A stretch of DNA of 64,000 bases, taken from Pelomyxa schiedti. Lineage: Eukaryota; Protista; Evosea. The stretch covers positions 1 to 64,000 of the forward strand of contig JAHLWZ010000253.1 in the NCBI GenBank assembly GCA_020536535.1, in the 5' to 3' direction. The notes beneath the pieces are model-generated. The model did not search any database. It saw nothing but the letters and a program-made list of their open reading frames with translations, and had not been told where the DNA came from. The translations under genes were made by a program, and so were the position numbers. Below, in pieces: positions 52,978 through 64,000 of this stretch. Positions within the stretch are counted from its first letter, which is position 1. The number at the start of each line of letters is the position of its first letter.

Positions 52978-55522
52978 TCAAGAGGTTGGAAGAATTAGTT
53001 CTGTGCACTGATTGAGGAGTTTGGCTGTGCGGGAGTAAGTCTCACAGTGCTGCTTTAATCCACACTTGCAACTGTTGCACCTTGTACCAGTGGAGGGTTG
53101 GCAGGCGAACCACTCAAACTGAGAACGGTAGGCGGGGAGATATGCATCAAACATGACAGGACCTGACTTGTTGTGTCCAAATAGTAGTGATTGACCATTG
53201 GCGAGGTTGATATGAACCTTGTCGTAAATTAGTTTACTTCATAAAAGAAGGCATAGTCCAACCTGCTGGACATATGTAGGATTGCCTCTGGTGTATTCAA
53301 TACGCACCGGGATGGTGAGGGAAGCGCGATCCTTGTAGTGCACATCAACAAGAAGCTGCAAGTCAATCCCATTGTTTCGCTTACTGATTCGATTGACAGA
53401 TATCTGGATACAGTTACACTGGCAGAGTTATAATTTCACTACTGTAACGGGTATTGTATCAAAAAGCCAAGAAGCCATGTCCAAGTCATGTACGAGGGAT
53501 AAATTCAGCATGTCTTTTTTGTGTTAGCACTGTATTTCACGGTAATGGGTTACCTGTATATTGAGAAACACTCAGCGGGGGCTCCCGTGGAGGACAACTG
53601 TCCTTGCTTTCGATCTTCAAAGAAAATGGACCCGATACTTGCACTTGCTCAAGGTAAGCATTCAAACTCGCCTTCGCTTTGAGGAAGTTTTCATCAAACC
53701 TGCATTATTAAGACAGACTTTACAACAGCCCAGAACTGTACCGTCGATGAAATCCGAGAGCAAGAAGTACATTGTTCTCTTCAGCAACACTGCAGAGGTG
53801 TTCCAGAGATAGCAAAGGTTTTTCACATAACACCTGAAGAACATCTGAGTGAAAATAAATAAGTCTTTGGAGTGTGAGAAACCTTCTTCTTTGCTTGGAG
53901 GCAACGTTCAACAATTGGCGGTGCTTGGCGATATGGAACACAAACATAAACTGAGTCCAGTAAAGGATTGGCTAGCATGCTCCCAATAGTATCCAAATTC
54001 TTGGTATTGATAATTGCTAGAGTACGAATATGCTCTGAAACGTATGGCATCACAGTCTGCTGTATGTACTTTCCAAACTCACCTGAAGTTTATTTGTAAT
54101 AAAGATACATTCACGTAATTCCTGGAAGACAAACCAAATCCAATTTGCATCATTGCCATTGGGAGTTTAACCACAGGCGTCACTTGTAGGAGCATGGAAT
54201 TTCTCAATTCTGGTGGGATAACAAGGGGTTTTCGAAGGAGAGCTGATTTTTCTGCCATTTCTATAAGAATTGCAGTTGCCCTGAAAACCCTTAAGATTGC
54301 TTGAGAGGAAAAAGGACCTACAAACAATGTTCTGATGAGCAGAGATTATCTGGGTGCTCCCCTTTGAGTATTTTGTGGAAGAACTCAATCTCCGCTGAGT
54401 ATGCTTGGTCATACCTGCATTACAATTACCTTTACAAAACTAGTTTCTTAGGTGTGCCTTTCAAAGACATTGTGACCAGGGATGTTGAGGCTATTAAGTT
54501 TTGTTCCATCGTTTAATAAAGCTTTTGCAGATTGCTGATATGGTCCAAATCTATCAGCCTTAATAATATTAGTTAATAAGAGACATATCCAAATGCATGA
54601 AACCTCAATTTTGACCAGCCTGTTTTCTGAGTAGGAGAGAACACAAGAAACCTTGTCCCAGATCCCAACACCCATAGAGTCGATTGGAGTTGCTTCCACT
54701 GCAAGGGGTAACTCGCCCATAAACAAGCACGCAGCATTCAAATCGTGACACACAAAATCCTGAAATATTGAGCCAAGCGTTTTGAGAAAAGCTACGGCCT
54801 CAGGTGTTGGAGTGAAATAATCTCTGATAGTGCATGAGGAGAAAGTTTTGCTAGTAAGAAGGATTGTTTACTTGTTTATAAGTTCTAGTTCTTTGATTTT
54901 GTTTCCAGAATTCTTGAACAACTGCACAAAGGCAGGGTCAAACCGCCTTGTCCAACCACAGTAAAGAGAAACTCCCTTCGAGTCACACATCTATAATGAA
55001 TAAGCACTCTCCAGGGGAGGGAAAAAAACCCAGTATTACCTTGTAAGCCGAGGAGACTTGGGACGTGTCAAAAGCAATTGGCTTCTCACAAAAAATGTTG
55101 CCAGTTTTCTCAGAAGCGGCGCCAATGCATGAGGGGTGTGATGCCGTAGAAGACGCAATCCACACTCCGTCGTACAGAGATGTAGGAACCTGTGAGAAAT
55201 CCTCGTACAGATGTATAGCATCTCCAGAAGCAGAAGAAGATCCAATCGCGCTTTCTTCTGACACTCCGGCATCGCGATCGCCGAGCGGGTGCTTGTGTAT
55301 GGAGGGCTCCGACCACAACGGCGAAGATTTGTTTGGCTCGACAACGGCGGTGCAAGGAACTCCCAATTTCGAGAACAATCTCAGCCTGTTCATTCCCAGC
55401 CTGCCAGCCCCAACCAAACAAACGCGGCCCAGTTTGTCATTGTCGCGCGGAGATTCGCCGTAGATCTGGTGGTGATGGTGCCCGGTGTTGCTACAGGTAC
55501 TTTGCAGCTCACTGTCGATCAT
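52978..55522 (-). CDS. Tandem two-domain Gfo/Idh/MocA (IolG/myo-inositol dehydrogenase-like) oxidoreductase
   Basis: Domain 1 VGAGRLG/IFCEKP/GWTRRFDPAF/DFVCHDL; domain 2 IGFGEFG/VLCEKP/GFHRRFDENF/VHDLD; in-frame linker. Confidence 0.85.
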
Positions 55523-55849
55523 TGACGTAGACAAAGTAGTAAACCCCACACGGCCCTCTTGGATATTGAACAAATGTGTAGTGTGTATTGGTCACCAAGG
55601 AAATGCAAACACGCAGGGGAATGATGTCATGGGCGACACCCTGTACTCGTAAACACTCATCACCACCTTTCGGGAGCGAAAAGGCAAATTGTCAGGATGG
55701 GAGTCTCCCATCCAAGGCCCTCGTTCACCCTCCTCCTCTCTAGGTAACCGAGGAGGCACCACCTGGACCCCAGAGGGGGACTCTTGATCCACTGCTAACG
55801 GGGTTGTGTGTGCCTTTTTTTCCAATTAGAAATATAGAACAGCTAGGCG

Positions 55850-58800
55850 ATGCTAACACACAGCACACAGACGCGTACATCTTCGTCGTCACGGGTGCAA
55901 CTCCGCGAGGCGCCAAACGCCGAGGCCAGCAGCACCGTGCCGGGCGCGCCCGCGAGTGGGGGCCGCTCCGGGGACGCCGCTGCAGCCACCAAGAAGGAGC
56001 AGGAGGGGGGCACGTGCAGCGAAGGGGAAGGAGAGGGAGAGGGGGAGGGGGAAGGCGAGGGCAGGAGGACACGGCCGGAAGGGGCAGGGGCAGGGGCAGG
56101 GGACGGAGAGCAGGAACAGGGAGGAGCAGAGGGGGGCGGGCCGGGGGTTAATGCACGCGGCCTTGATGGAGATGGCACCCGGTTGGTGGCGAATGCAACC
56201 TATGCGCGCGGTCCTGCTGCTACTTGTGGTGACAATATGGCAAGGTTCCCTGGAGGAGGAGGAAAAGGTGTTACTTGTTTGGCATGCACAAAGCGGGTGG
56301 CTGTTGTAACATGCACTTCCTGTGGCGAGGTTTGCCTTGGTTTTTTTTTTTTTTTTCTTTTTCTTTTTTTTTTTCCCCCCCCCAATCTTAGTACATGTTT
56401 CACTTGGTTCTAGCTTTGTGATAAGGACTCTCAACGGATTCACCGTGTTAAGAGTTGTAGGGATCACATTGTGAACATAATTTCCACTAGAGAGGACTCA
56501 CATCTGCAAAATTCAAACCCTAAGTGTTCCTATTGCAAACAACTTCCAACAGAGACTTGTATAACCCTAAATGTACTTCTAGCAATTTCTGTGTTTAATT
56601 TAACTGGCCCAGTGTGGCCATAGGTTGTGCAATGCTTGCCTTAAGGTTATTGGAGCTTTTTTTGTTCTCTCTGGGAAAGTCATGCCTGATGGGGAGCGGT
56701 CATCATCCGATTTAGGAGATAATATTGTCACTTGCGGTTGGTGCAAAAAAGACAGCCACATTCCATCAAATTCCACCAGTGCCACTCTGTTGCATGCTCT
56801 ACCCAGGAAAGCGGGAGTTGATAACAACATGTCGGGCCAATGTCTGCCTCCTGGACATGTGTGCACAGTATCTCTTCAAATTCCTTTCACAAGTCGTTAA
56901 GGCCACATTATGTGATAAGTGCAAAGGAGCTCAAAGTAATAATACATCGCTGAATGGTTGTGTTTCATGTGGTCTTTTGCTATGCAACTGTTGCTGGGGC
57001 TTAGTGCACTCCCAGGGAAACATTGACCACACCAAAGAGTCACCAAGCATGGTTGGTGGTATGAAGTACCAATTGATTTAAAATAACTTACATTCTTAAC
57101 CAGGCATTTGCAACCAACACTTTTTGCGTTCCACTCAATACTGTGAATCTGATGGACAATTTTTGTGTGCCCTGTGCCTTCGTGAGCACAAAGTAGCAGA
57201 AAATTATATTGTCACTCCATTTCTCACTTTTCACCCATAGGGGCACAAGATGCTGTCAACACGCGAAAAAGTACTGAATAGTATGAAGGGACTCAACACT
57301 GTAAATCAAAGAGCACTGGCGATTTCACAGTTGCTATCTGAGTCTGTTGTGGAAAGGCAGAGATGTATCACCCAAATTGAGGAGGTACTTATAACTCAAC
57401 CTCGTATTCTTCTAAATTTATTCCCACAGACACACTCAGCACTGGTGGAAGATACCAACAAGTTTTTTGATTCGTTTGTGGCAAATCTGCAAGCACGTCT
57501 TACATCTTTGAAGAACTTACATAGTACCGCATTGTCGACATCAGGTTAGTACTAATAATAACTCTTTTTGTTCCATCTGATTGGGCTCTTAGTCTCTACA
57601 CTTTCAGCACAGATACGGGTGGCAAGCGAACTGAAAGCCGTGGTAGACCAAATATCAACACGAGTGAGCAAGGTCTTATCATCTGTCTGTGCCGAAAAGC
57701 TTATTTTGGCTGCAGAAGAATTTAATTTGCTACTGGTTTTACTTTGCCTCAAGAAGCAAAATTTAATCTCTTACAGGTGTTTGAACAATTTCTCGCAGAA
57801 CCAGGAGTCATCAAACCAAGTATTACCGCAAAGGAACTTCCTTCCTTCTCAGACCATCAGACACGACTTTGGGATGCTCTGGAAATTCTTGGAACAGGTT
57901 CCACATACATTATTACTCCTCCAAAGCTCATTTTGTCAGATAATCAGGACTCTTCGGTAATGGAAAATAATGAACATATTGGTGACTCGACCTTTCCTTT
58001 ATTATGTTACTGAGCTTCTTAAAGGTCTCAAGCGAGTTGGTACTCCCCTAAAGCAATGTCTCTCTCCATTATCGAAACACACACGATTATCAGTATGCGA
58101 TTAGATTCCCTGAAAACTCATCCTGTTAGATTAACTCAAATTGCGTTTTATTACAGAAAAGTGACACTGTGGGGGCTACTGAGAAGCCAGTTCAATCACT
58201 TACACATCCTACGCCAGCACGCAACACACCAGAAGGCGCACAGCCCCACCAACCCCACCCACACTTTCCCCAAACAATTGTGAGTGAAAGACTACGGCAG
58301 CATGTAATGAACACATTACTGTGAGCATTGTGCACTTCAGTGGTATTTTACTAACAGCACCTGCGCAGGCAGCAACCATGCACCGAAAATGAGATCTCAG
58401 AAACGGTAAGAAGAATCGAAATGCATGCGGCAACTGCAAGCAATACCGATGTTGTAAGTTAACCAACTCTCGCTTAATAAGTACTGATTGGTTGGCCAAC
58501 ATTAGTTGGGATATCATGAATGCCTTGTAAATCTGCTCACAAAAGCTCTCCTAAAGCCCCCGCTCTCTCAGTACTCATCATACTTTCAACAACAAATCAA
58601 AAAACTGGAATATGATTTTCTCCAACTGTCTGGCACAAACACTGTGACAACTCAAGGTTCTTTTTAATGTTTTGTACTTGCCCCGCTCAACTTCTCCAGA
58701 GGCAATGCCTATCCAATGCATGTCTCCAATATCGTGTATTAGTTCAGTGTCATTTCATAATCTGTTGCAATCAAGTTAGTGAATGAGCTTCATCAATATT

Positions 58801-60272
58801 TTTAACCCTTTAAATCAGAAACAGAAGTTCTTTCCTGGGGGCATAATCTCTATGGTCAACTTGGAACAGGTGATCGAGTAAGTAGGTAATTATATTATGT
58901 CACACATCTTAGAACTCAAATCTTAAGGTGCATTCCACAAGTGGTCCCCCAATTGTCTGCCGAAAACACTAGTATTTCTCTTATTGCTTGTGGTGGTTAC
59001 CATACCTGCTTATTAAAGAGTATGAAATGCATATTTCTATTTTGCAGCATTAAACCAAACAAGAGAATGGGGATGTATTGAGTTGGGGTTACAACAATTT
59101 TGGTCAACTTGGTCTTGGTGACACTGTTCATGAGGATACCCCACAGCTCATTACAGCCCTTTCACACAGTAAAACCCAGCTTATTGCCTGTGGTAGTGCT
59201 CACACAGTAGCCCTGTCCGGTTCCTCTCTACATACACTTCCTTTATTTTCATCATCTTTTTTAGCACAGGGCAAGATTCTTTCTTGGGGAGGAAATTATC
59301 TTGGACAGCTTGGTCTTGGTGACACAACCTTCAGGTTGGTCCCGCAGGAAATTCCCTACTTCACGCGGCATCGAGTGAAAGCAATTGCATGTGGGAATGA
59401 CCACACATTGGCTCTTCTTGGTTGTTAAGTAATTATCCTCCATATGGCTTACTTATTCAAGATTCCTATGCCGTTTTCGCTTGGGGCAGTAATAAATGTG
59501 GGCAATTAGGCCTAGGTGATCAGGTTAACCGAACCGCACCGTCTCAAGTCCCGTCACTGGAGGGACACAAACCAACTGCTATTTTTTGTGGGGGCAAACA
59601 CTCATTTGCAATTTTGGGTACCTGTGCTCTCGAGAGCTTTTGTATTTGATTGTTCCTTAGGTTCCGGTTCATGTGTAACTGCGTGGGGACACAATAACTG
59701 TGGGCAGCTTGGTCTTGGAGATAATGTGGACAGGAAGGTTCCACATGAGATCCCTGCACTTAAAGGACAAAAAGTACAATCTTTAGCATGTGGTGCGTGG
59801 CACACATTTGCGGTGTTAGGTATCACCATAAATTAAGTTTTAATCGGACTAAGGAAAATGACACAGATAACGGAATGCTTTTGACTTGGGGAGACAACAC
59901 ACATGGGCAGCTTGGCCTTGCTGACCGCAGACCCAACGTAAACATTCCAACAGAATTCCCGTTATGGCGGAAACTAAGTCCTGTAATGATATTATGTGGC
60001 AGTGCTCACTCTATCATGTTAACAGGTGCGCGCATCCCAATTCACAATAACTTACCTTGGCTACAGGCTCTGGTGAGATGCTTACTTGGGGCCACAATTA
60101 TTATGGACAACTCGGGACTGGTGACCTATGCAACAGATTCAGCCCAGCCAAAATTGCCTGGAAGGCTGTAGGGAATCCACAACAAAACATTCCCACCACC
60201 CCAACATCAACAACTACATCCAATACACCAACTAGTAATACCCACCAATCAAAACATAGGTTCTCAGTGTAA
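55850..60272 (+). CDS. TRIM-like protein: B-box, RING-HC, B-boxes, coiled coil, C-terminal RCC1 repeats
   Basis: RING CSYC..CGHRLCNAC..CGWC; B-box CNQH..YCESDGQFLCALCLREH; about seven WGxNxxGQLGLGD / IACGxxHT RCC1 units; middle exons approximate. Confidence 0.82.
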
Positions 60273-60531
60273 TCCTAACAGTGCTGCACAAATTCTCTTG
60301 CTTTCTTGTCTCGGCCACATGCCTGGGCCAAATCCACCAACGCCAATNNNNNNNNNNNNNNNNNNNNNNNNNNNNNNNNNNNNNNNNNNNNNNNNNNNNN
60401 NNNNNNNNNNNNNNNNNNNNNNNNNNNNNNNNNNNNNNNNNNNNNNNGGGGTGGTGGGAATGTTTTGTTGTGGATTCCCTACAGCCTTCCAGGCAATTTT
60501 GGCTGGGCTGAATCTGTTGCATAGGTCACCA
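60119..60531. repeat. 84-bp perfect inverted repeat (60119-60202 vs 60448-60531) spanning the assembly gap
   Basis: 60448-60531 is the exact reverse complement of 60119-60202. Confidence 0.9.
60348..60447. other. Assembly gap (100 N)
   Basis: Run of N. Confidence 1.
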
Positions 60532-60663
60532 ATGTGGGTCCCGGCCTCTGCTAGAGCCCACTCTTTTTTCCAAATAAATGTGTAAGATAGTAAATATCTC
60601 CTATCTCCGTTTTCAACAATTCGAATCGAAATTTCATCATTTTTTCAAACAACAAAAACCAAC

Positions 60664-61983
60664 TTAGGAGTCGGTGTTCGATGTTGAAGGGGTGGATGTG
60701 AGTAGATTAACAATGTAGTATGCAGCAGCCAGGCCAGCGGCGGCAGGAACAGTACTAAGACTACCCAGTGGCTGCCTGGTGTTGTAAGAGAACTTGACTG
60801 TGCTCTCTGGTTGGTAGATTGAATCAGAGCAGAGTTGAGTCATGGGCTATTGTTACTTACGGTCGGGCTGTGGAACCCACGGGACATCATCCTCAGGGCG
60901 AGGGGGCACAACGTCTGGCTTTTCCTTGGATATGAGCACCTTCAAAAGTCTCAGACATTGGGCCAAATTATGTACAATTCACACAGGTGTGTCCAATGCT
61001 GCCGGATTACCACGCTTCCGCAGTATTCTCCTCACAGAAGTTGCAAGGGGATCGTCAGTTGTGTCCTTCAGAGGTTTGATGCGGACTTTGGTGGGATCCC
61101 TCCTTCTAGCCATTCCTGTTGTGGTTTTTTTTTATGCTGTTAAGTTGCTTTGAGAAGGGAATAGCAAATCTACCCATAGAACTCAACACTGGTATGCCTG
61201 CCTCAGTGCACAATGAAATGAGTCTAAGCTTCACGGGAACACAATCAGTTGCATCCACAATGAAATCAGGTTTATGAGGTCCAAAAACTGAGAGGTCATC
61301 CGTCTCACTAAACCATTTGAACATTCCTTCCACATGTACACCAGGATTTATTGATCTCGCCTGTACAGGGAAAAAAAAACCCAAAGACAAGCAGTTAAAA
61401 CCACTATTATCGCGTCGACCAAAGAAATACAAACACACAAACAACTGAAACAACATGACTAAGAAGAAATCCCACATCCAGGGCCATTCAATCAATCAAT
61501 CAATCAATAACCAAGCGGGGACGCGCATGCACATGCACGAGCACCCACCCTCTCGCAGGCTACGTCGACCTTGTGCCGCCCAACGGTGTCCCTCGTGGCT
61601 ATTATCTGCCTGTTCAGATTGGACAGGGCGACGACGTCCGCGTCGTAGAGCAGCAGGCGGCCCACGCCGGCCCGCACCAGGCCCTCCACGCAGTACCCCC
61701 CGACGCCCCCGATGCCCACCACCACCACCAGCGACGCGGCCAGCCGCCCCACCGCGTCCTCCCCCAGCAGCAGCTTCGTCCGCTGCTGCCAGTCGTCCGC
61801 ACCGGGCCCGCGGCTCCCCTGTTGCTGCTGCGCCGTGCCAGTGGCCGAAGAGGCCGGGGAAGACGAGGGCGAGGCCGCCGTGGGCGCGGGCGTGGGCGCG
61901 GGAGCCTGCGGGTCTTGGTCATGGGGCTTGTGCACGCACTCGGCTGTAGTGCTCTCGGCCTCGTCGAAAAGGCTGTCCATCAT
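60664..61983 (-). CDS. tcdA: tRNA threonylcarbamoyladenosine dehydratase (ThiF/E1-like family), 3 exons
   Basis: RTKLLLGEDAVGRL..VVVVGIGGVGGYCVEGLVRAGVG..DADVVALSNLNRQ, DFIVDATD..KLRLI, SSMG..RDPTKV, DDPLATSVRRILRKRG, GSLSTVPAAAG. Confidence 0.9.
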
Positions 61984-62152
61984 TTTCCTTGGTTTCAATT
62001 TCCGGAGCTAATTTTCTTGGCAAGTGCCTCGCTGCCAGACCCTGGGGTGTGGGGGCCCGGCACAGCCGGGCAGTGGCTTCGCTGGATCCAGCATTTTCCC
62101 AAAGCAGTGCCCTCGTCATTGCGCAGTAGACGCCAATTTTGTGTTTCTAAAG

Positions 62153-62164
62153 AAAATGGCGCCA
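62153..62164 (+). promoter_or_regulatory. Candidate E2F-type site (AAAATGGCGCCA) upstream of cyclin B
   Basis: TGGCGCCA palindrome with A-tract flank about 70 nt before the cyclin ATG; motif resemblance only. Confidence 0.3.
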
Positions 62165-62231
62165 CAATGGCCCTCAAGTTTTTCCTTTTTGTTTTCCTTT
62201 TTCGTGTAGCCGCCCTCCTCCTACTTGGCTC

Positions 62232-64000
62232 ATGTCTGCTTCCTCGACAGCAGACCCCAGCATTGTGTACGTCGTGGACCCTGGTACCGTTTCGGCGCCC
62301 AACGGACCAAGCAACGGTACCTACACACAACAGCAACAGCAACAACAGCTCGTAGGAGCAGAGAACCAGCCGCAGCACGGCACCGGCGGCAAAAAGCAAC
62401 GCAAGCTCACCATAACCAGCGTGGCGGCCAAGGCCCTGAGCTCCCTCTCGCTCAATTCCAACCCCAGGCCCAGCCGCGGTAGCAGCACCAAAAAGCACAG
62501 ACACTCGGCCGCAAATATGCAACTGCAGCAGCAGGCTCAGCAGACGACCCACAACCAGCATCCTCAGTCTCAGCATCAGGCTCAAGCTCAAGCTCAAGCT
62601 CAGTCTCAGGAACAACCTCTGGCGCAGGGAGGAGGAATTCCTCTGGCTGGGTCCAAGAGGCCGCCTCAGGAACCATCTGGGATTGAGACCTTGTGCTGTG
62701 CTGCTACTTCTTCTTCTTCTTCTTCGCACCCCTTAATGGAAGGCGATGAGAGTCACCCAAAAGCACCAGCTCAGAAAAAACCTGTGAGTGTGGCTTATGT
62801 GTCTCTTCCTCTGGGTCATTTATTGGGTGTTTGCTTGTGTGTGTATGTGGAGCTTTTAGTTTTTCTTATTCTCCCTGCTAATCTCAATCCCAATCCAATA
62901 GAACACAAGTGCTCTCCTAAACTTACTGAATTCTCACCCAAAACCTGCACTTACTCTCGCCAGCTCTGTTGTTGTAAACAATCCACTTACATCCAGTGGA
63001 GCATTCTCTGGAAATCACTACAGTCCCGGTGAGGGCAGTGTGCCCTTTAACAAACTTGTTGTAGACACAACAAATCCGGCCGTAGTTCAAATTCACACTC
63101 CCCCACAGCAAGTACATCACCCAACCCCACTTGCACGTAAGTTTCTCTATGCTTTTTCTGATTATCTAACAATAGACTGGCAGGTCACCCTACCCACTAT
63201 GGTGGTATTCCAGATAGCAGACGTGCAGATCTTCCCCATTACGCCTATCAGAGGTGTTTATTGGAGAAGAGGGGTTGCGTGGAAGATATAGATGAAGGCG
63301 ATTGGGCCGACTCAATATTTGTTACAGACTACGTCTGTGAGGTGATGGATTACACCATGACGAAACAGGTACTTTTATCTCAGAGTTTTCCTTCTAAATT
63401 AGAGCAGATACTGGATAGAGTGGATCCCAATTATATGTCTCGTCAGCCACACATAAATGAGAGAATGCGCGAAATTCTCATTGATTGGCTGGTAACAATA
63501 AAGCACTTCTGTGCCACTTTGTTTCTCAACAACACAGAGTGCAGTCCATGCCAAGTTCAAACTTCTTCCTGAAACCCTATTTCTATCTATCTATATAATT
63601 GATAAATTCTTATCATGCAGACCAGTGCAGAGGTTTGTTACCAAAAACAAATAACAAAAAAATTTTCTTAATTCTGAGTAGACCGGACCTACAACTACTT
63701 GGTATAACGGCTCTTCTCATTGCTTCCAAGTTCGAGGAGATTTTTGCTATAGAAATTCAAGACCTGATTGTTATCTCAGAGAGTGCCTACTCCAGGCATA
63801 TGATTGTGCAAGTTGCTACACTAAACATTCATTCCATTTGGATAACCGAAGCATTGCCATAGATGGAGCAGGAAGTGTTGTCCGTTTTGCAGTTCAACCT
63901 CGCTGTTCCCTCTCCCTTGTTCTTCCTTCGCCGATTCAGCAAGGCAAGCCACGCTGAAAGTGACCAACATACCTACTCCAAGTATCTTGTGGAGATGAGC
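62232..64000 (+). CDS. Mitotic B-type cyclin, 3'-truncated by the window
   Basis: YMSRQPHINERMREILIDWL..VHAKFKLLPETLFL..DKFL, LQLLGITALLIASKFEEI, MEQEVLSVLQFNL..PLFFLRRFSKA. Confidence 0.92.

Noticed and set aside
52978-53000. Peroxisomal PTS1 on the inositol-dehydrogenase-like protein
   Set aside because: Predicted C-terminus is ..LILPTS, not an SKL-type tripeptide
61455-62729. Long overlapping/antisense ORFs (also 46201-46882, 55740-56467, 25665-26402)
   Set aside because: Shadow ORFs of GC-rich or low-complexity real exons; no independent domain signal

Overview
Gene-dense, intron-rich eukaryotic (protist) nuclear DNA carrying about 24 protein-coding genes. Most are split by many short (~35-60 nt) spliceosomal introns with degenerate GT donors, so the ORF track shows only fragments; I rebuilt the gene models by hand. 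In order: partial hypothetical; peptidoglycan-binding protein; GH3 beta-glucosidase; type III glutamine synthetase; DUSP12/Yvh1-like (pseudo)phosphatase; kinesin-14; DNAAF1; ankyrin-like protein; repeat+C2 protein; Cdc15/SepA/MAP3K-epsilon kinase; EFR1 flavodoxin-ferredoxin; CBP20; EF-hand protein; hypothetical; Zn2Cys6-PAS transcription factor; FOR20/CEP20; eIF4E; TOP3B; ARF1; second ankyrin-like protein; crotonase; WD40; tandem Gfo/Idh/MocA dehydrogenase; RING/B-box/RCC1 protein; a 100-N gap; TcdA; partial cyclin B. Flagellar genes plus anaerobe-type enzymes and amoebozoan-like kinases suggest a flagellated anaerobic amoebozoan (Archamoebae, Pelomyxa-like); this is inference, not a database result. 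The main observations are a clear U12-type AT-AC intron in the kinase catalytic loop, a catalytically dead Yvh1, an intron-mirrored triple repeat domain, a tandem dehydrogenase fusion, a tail-anchored EFR1, and a signal-less peptidoglycan-binding protein head-to-head with a glycosidase. No tRNA, rRNA, CRISPR array or transposon was recognised.
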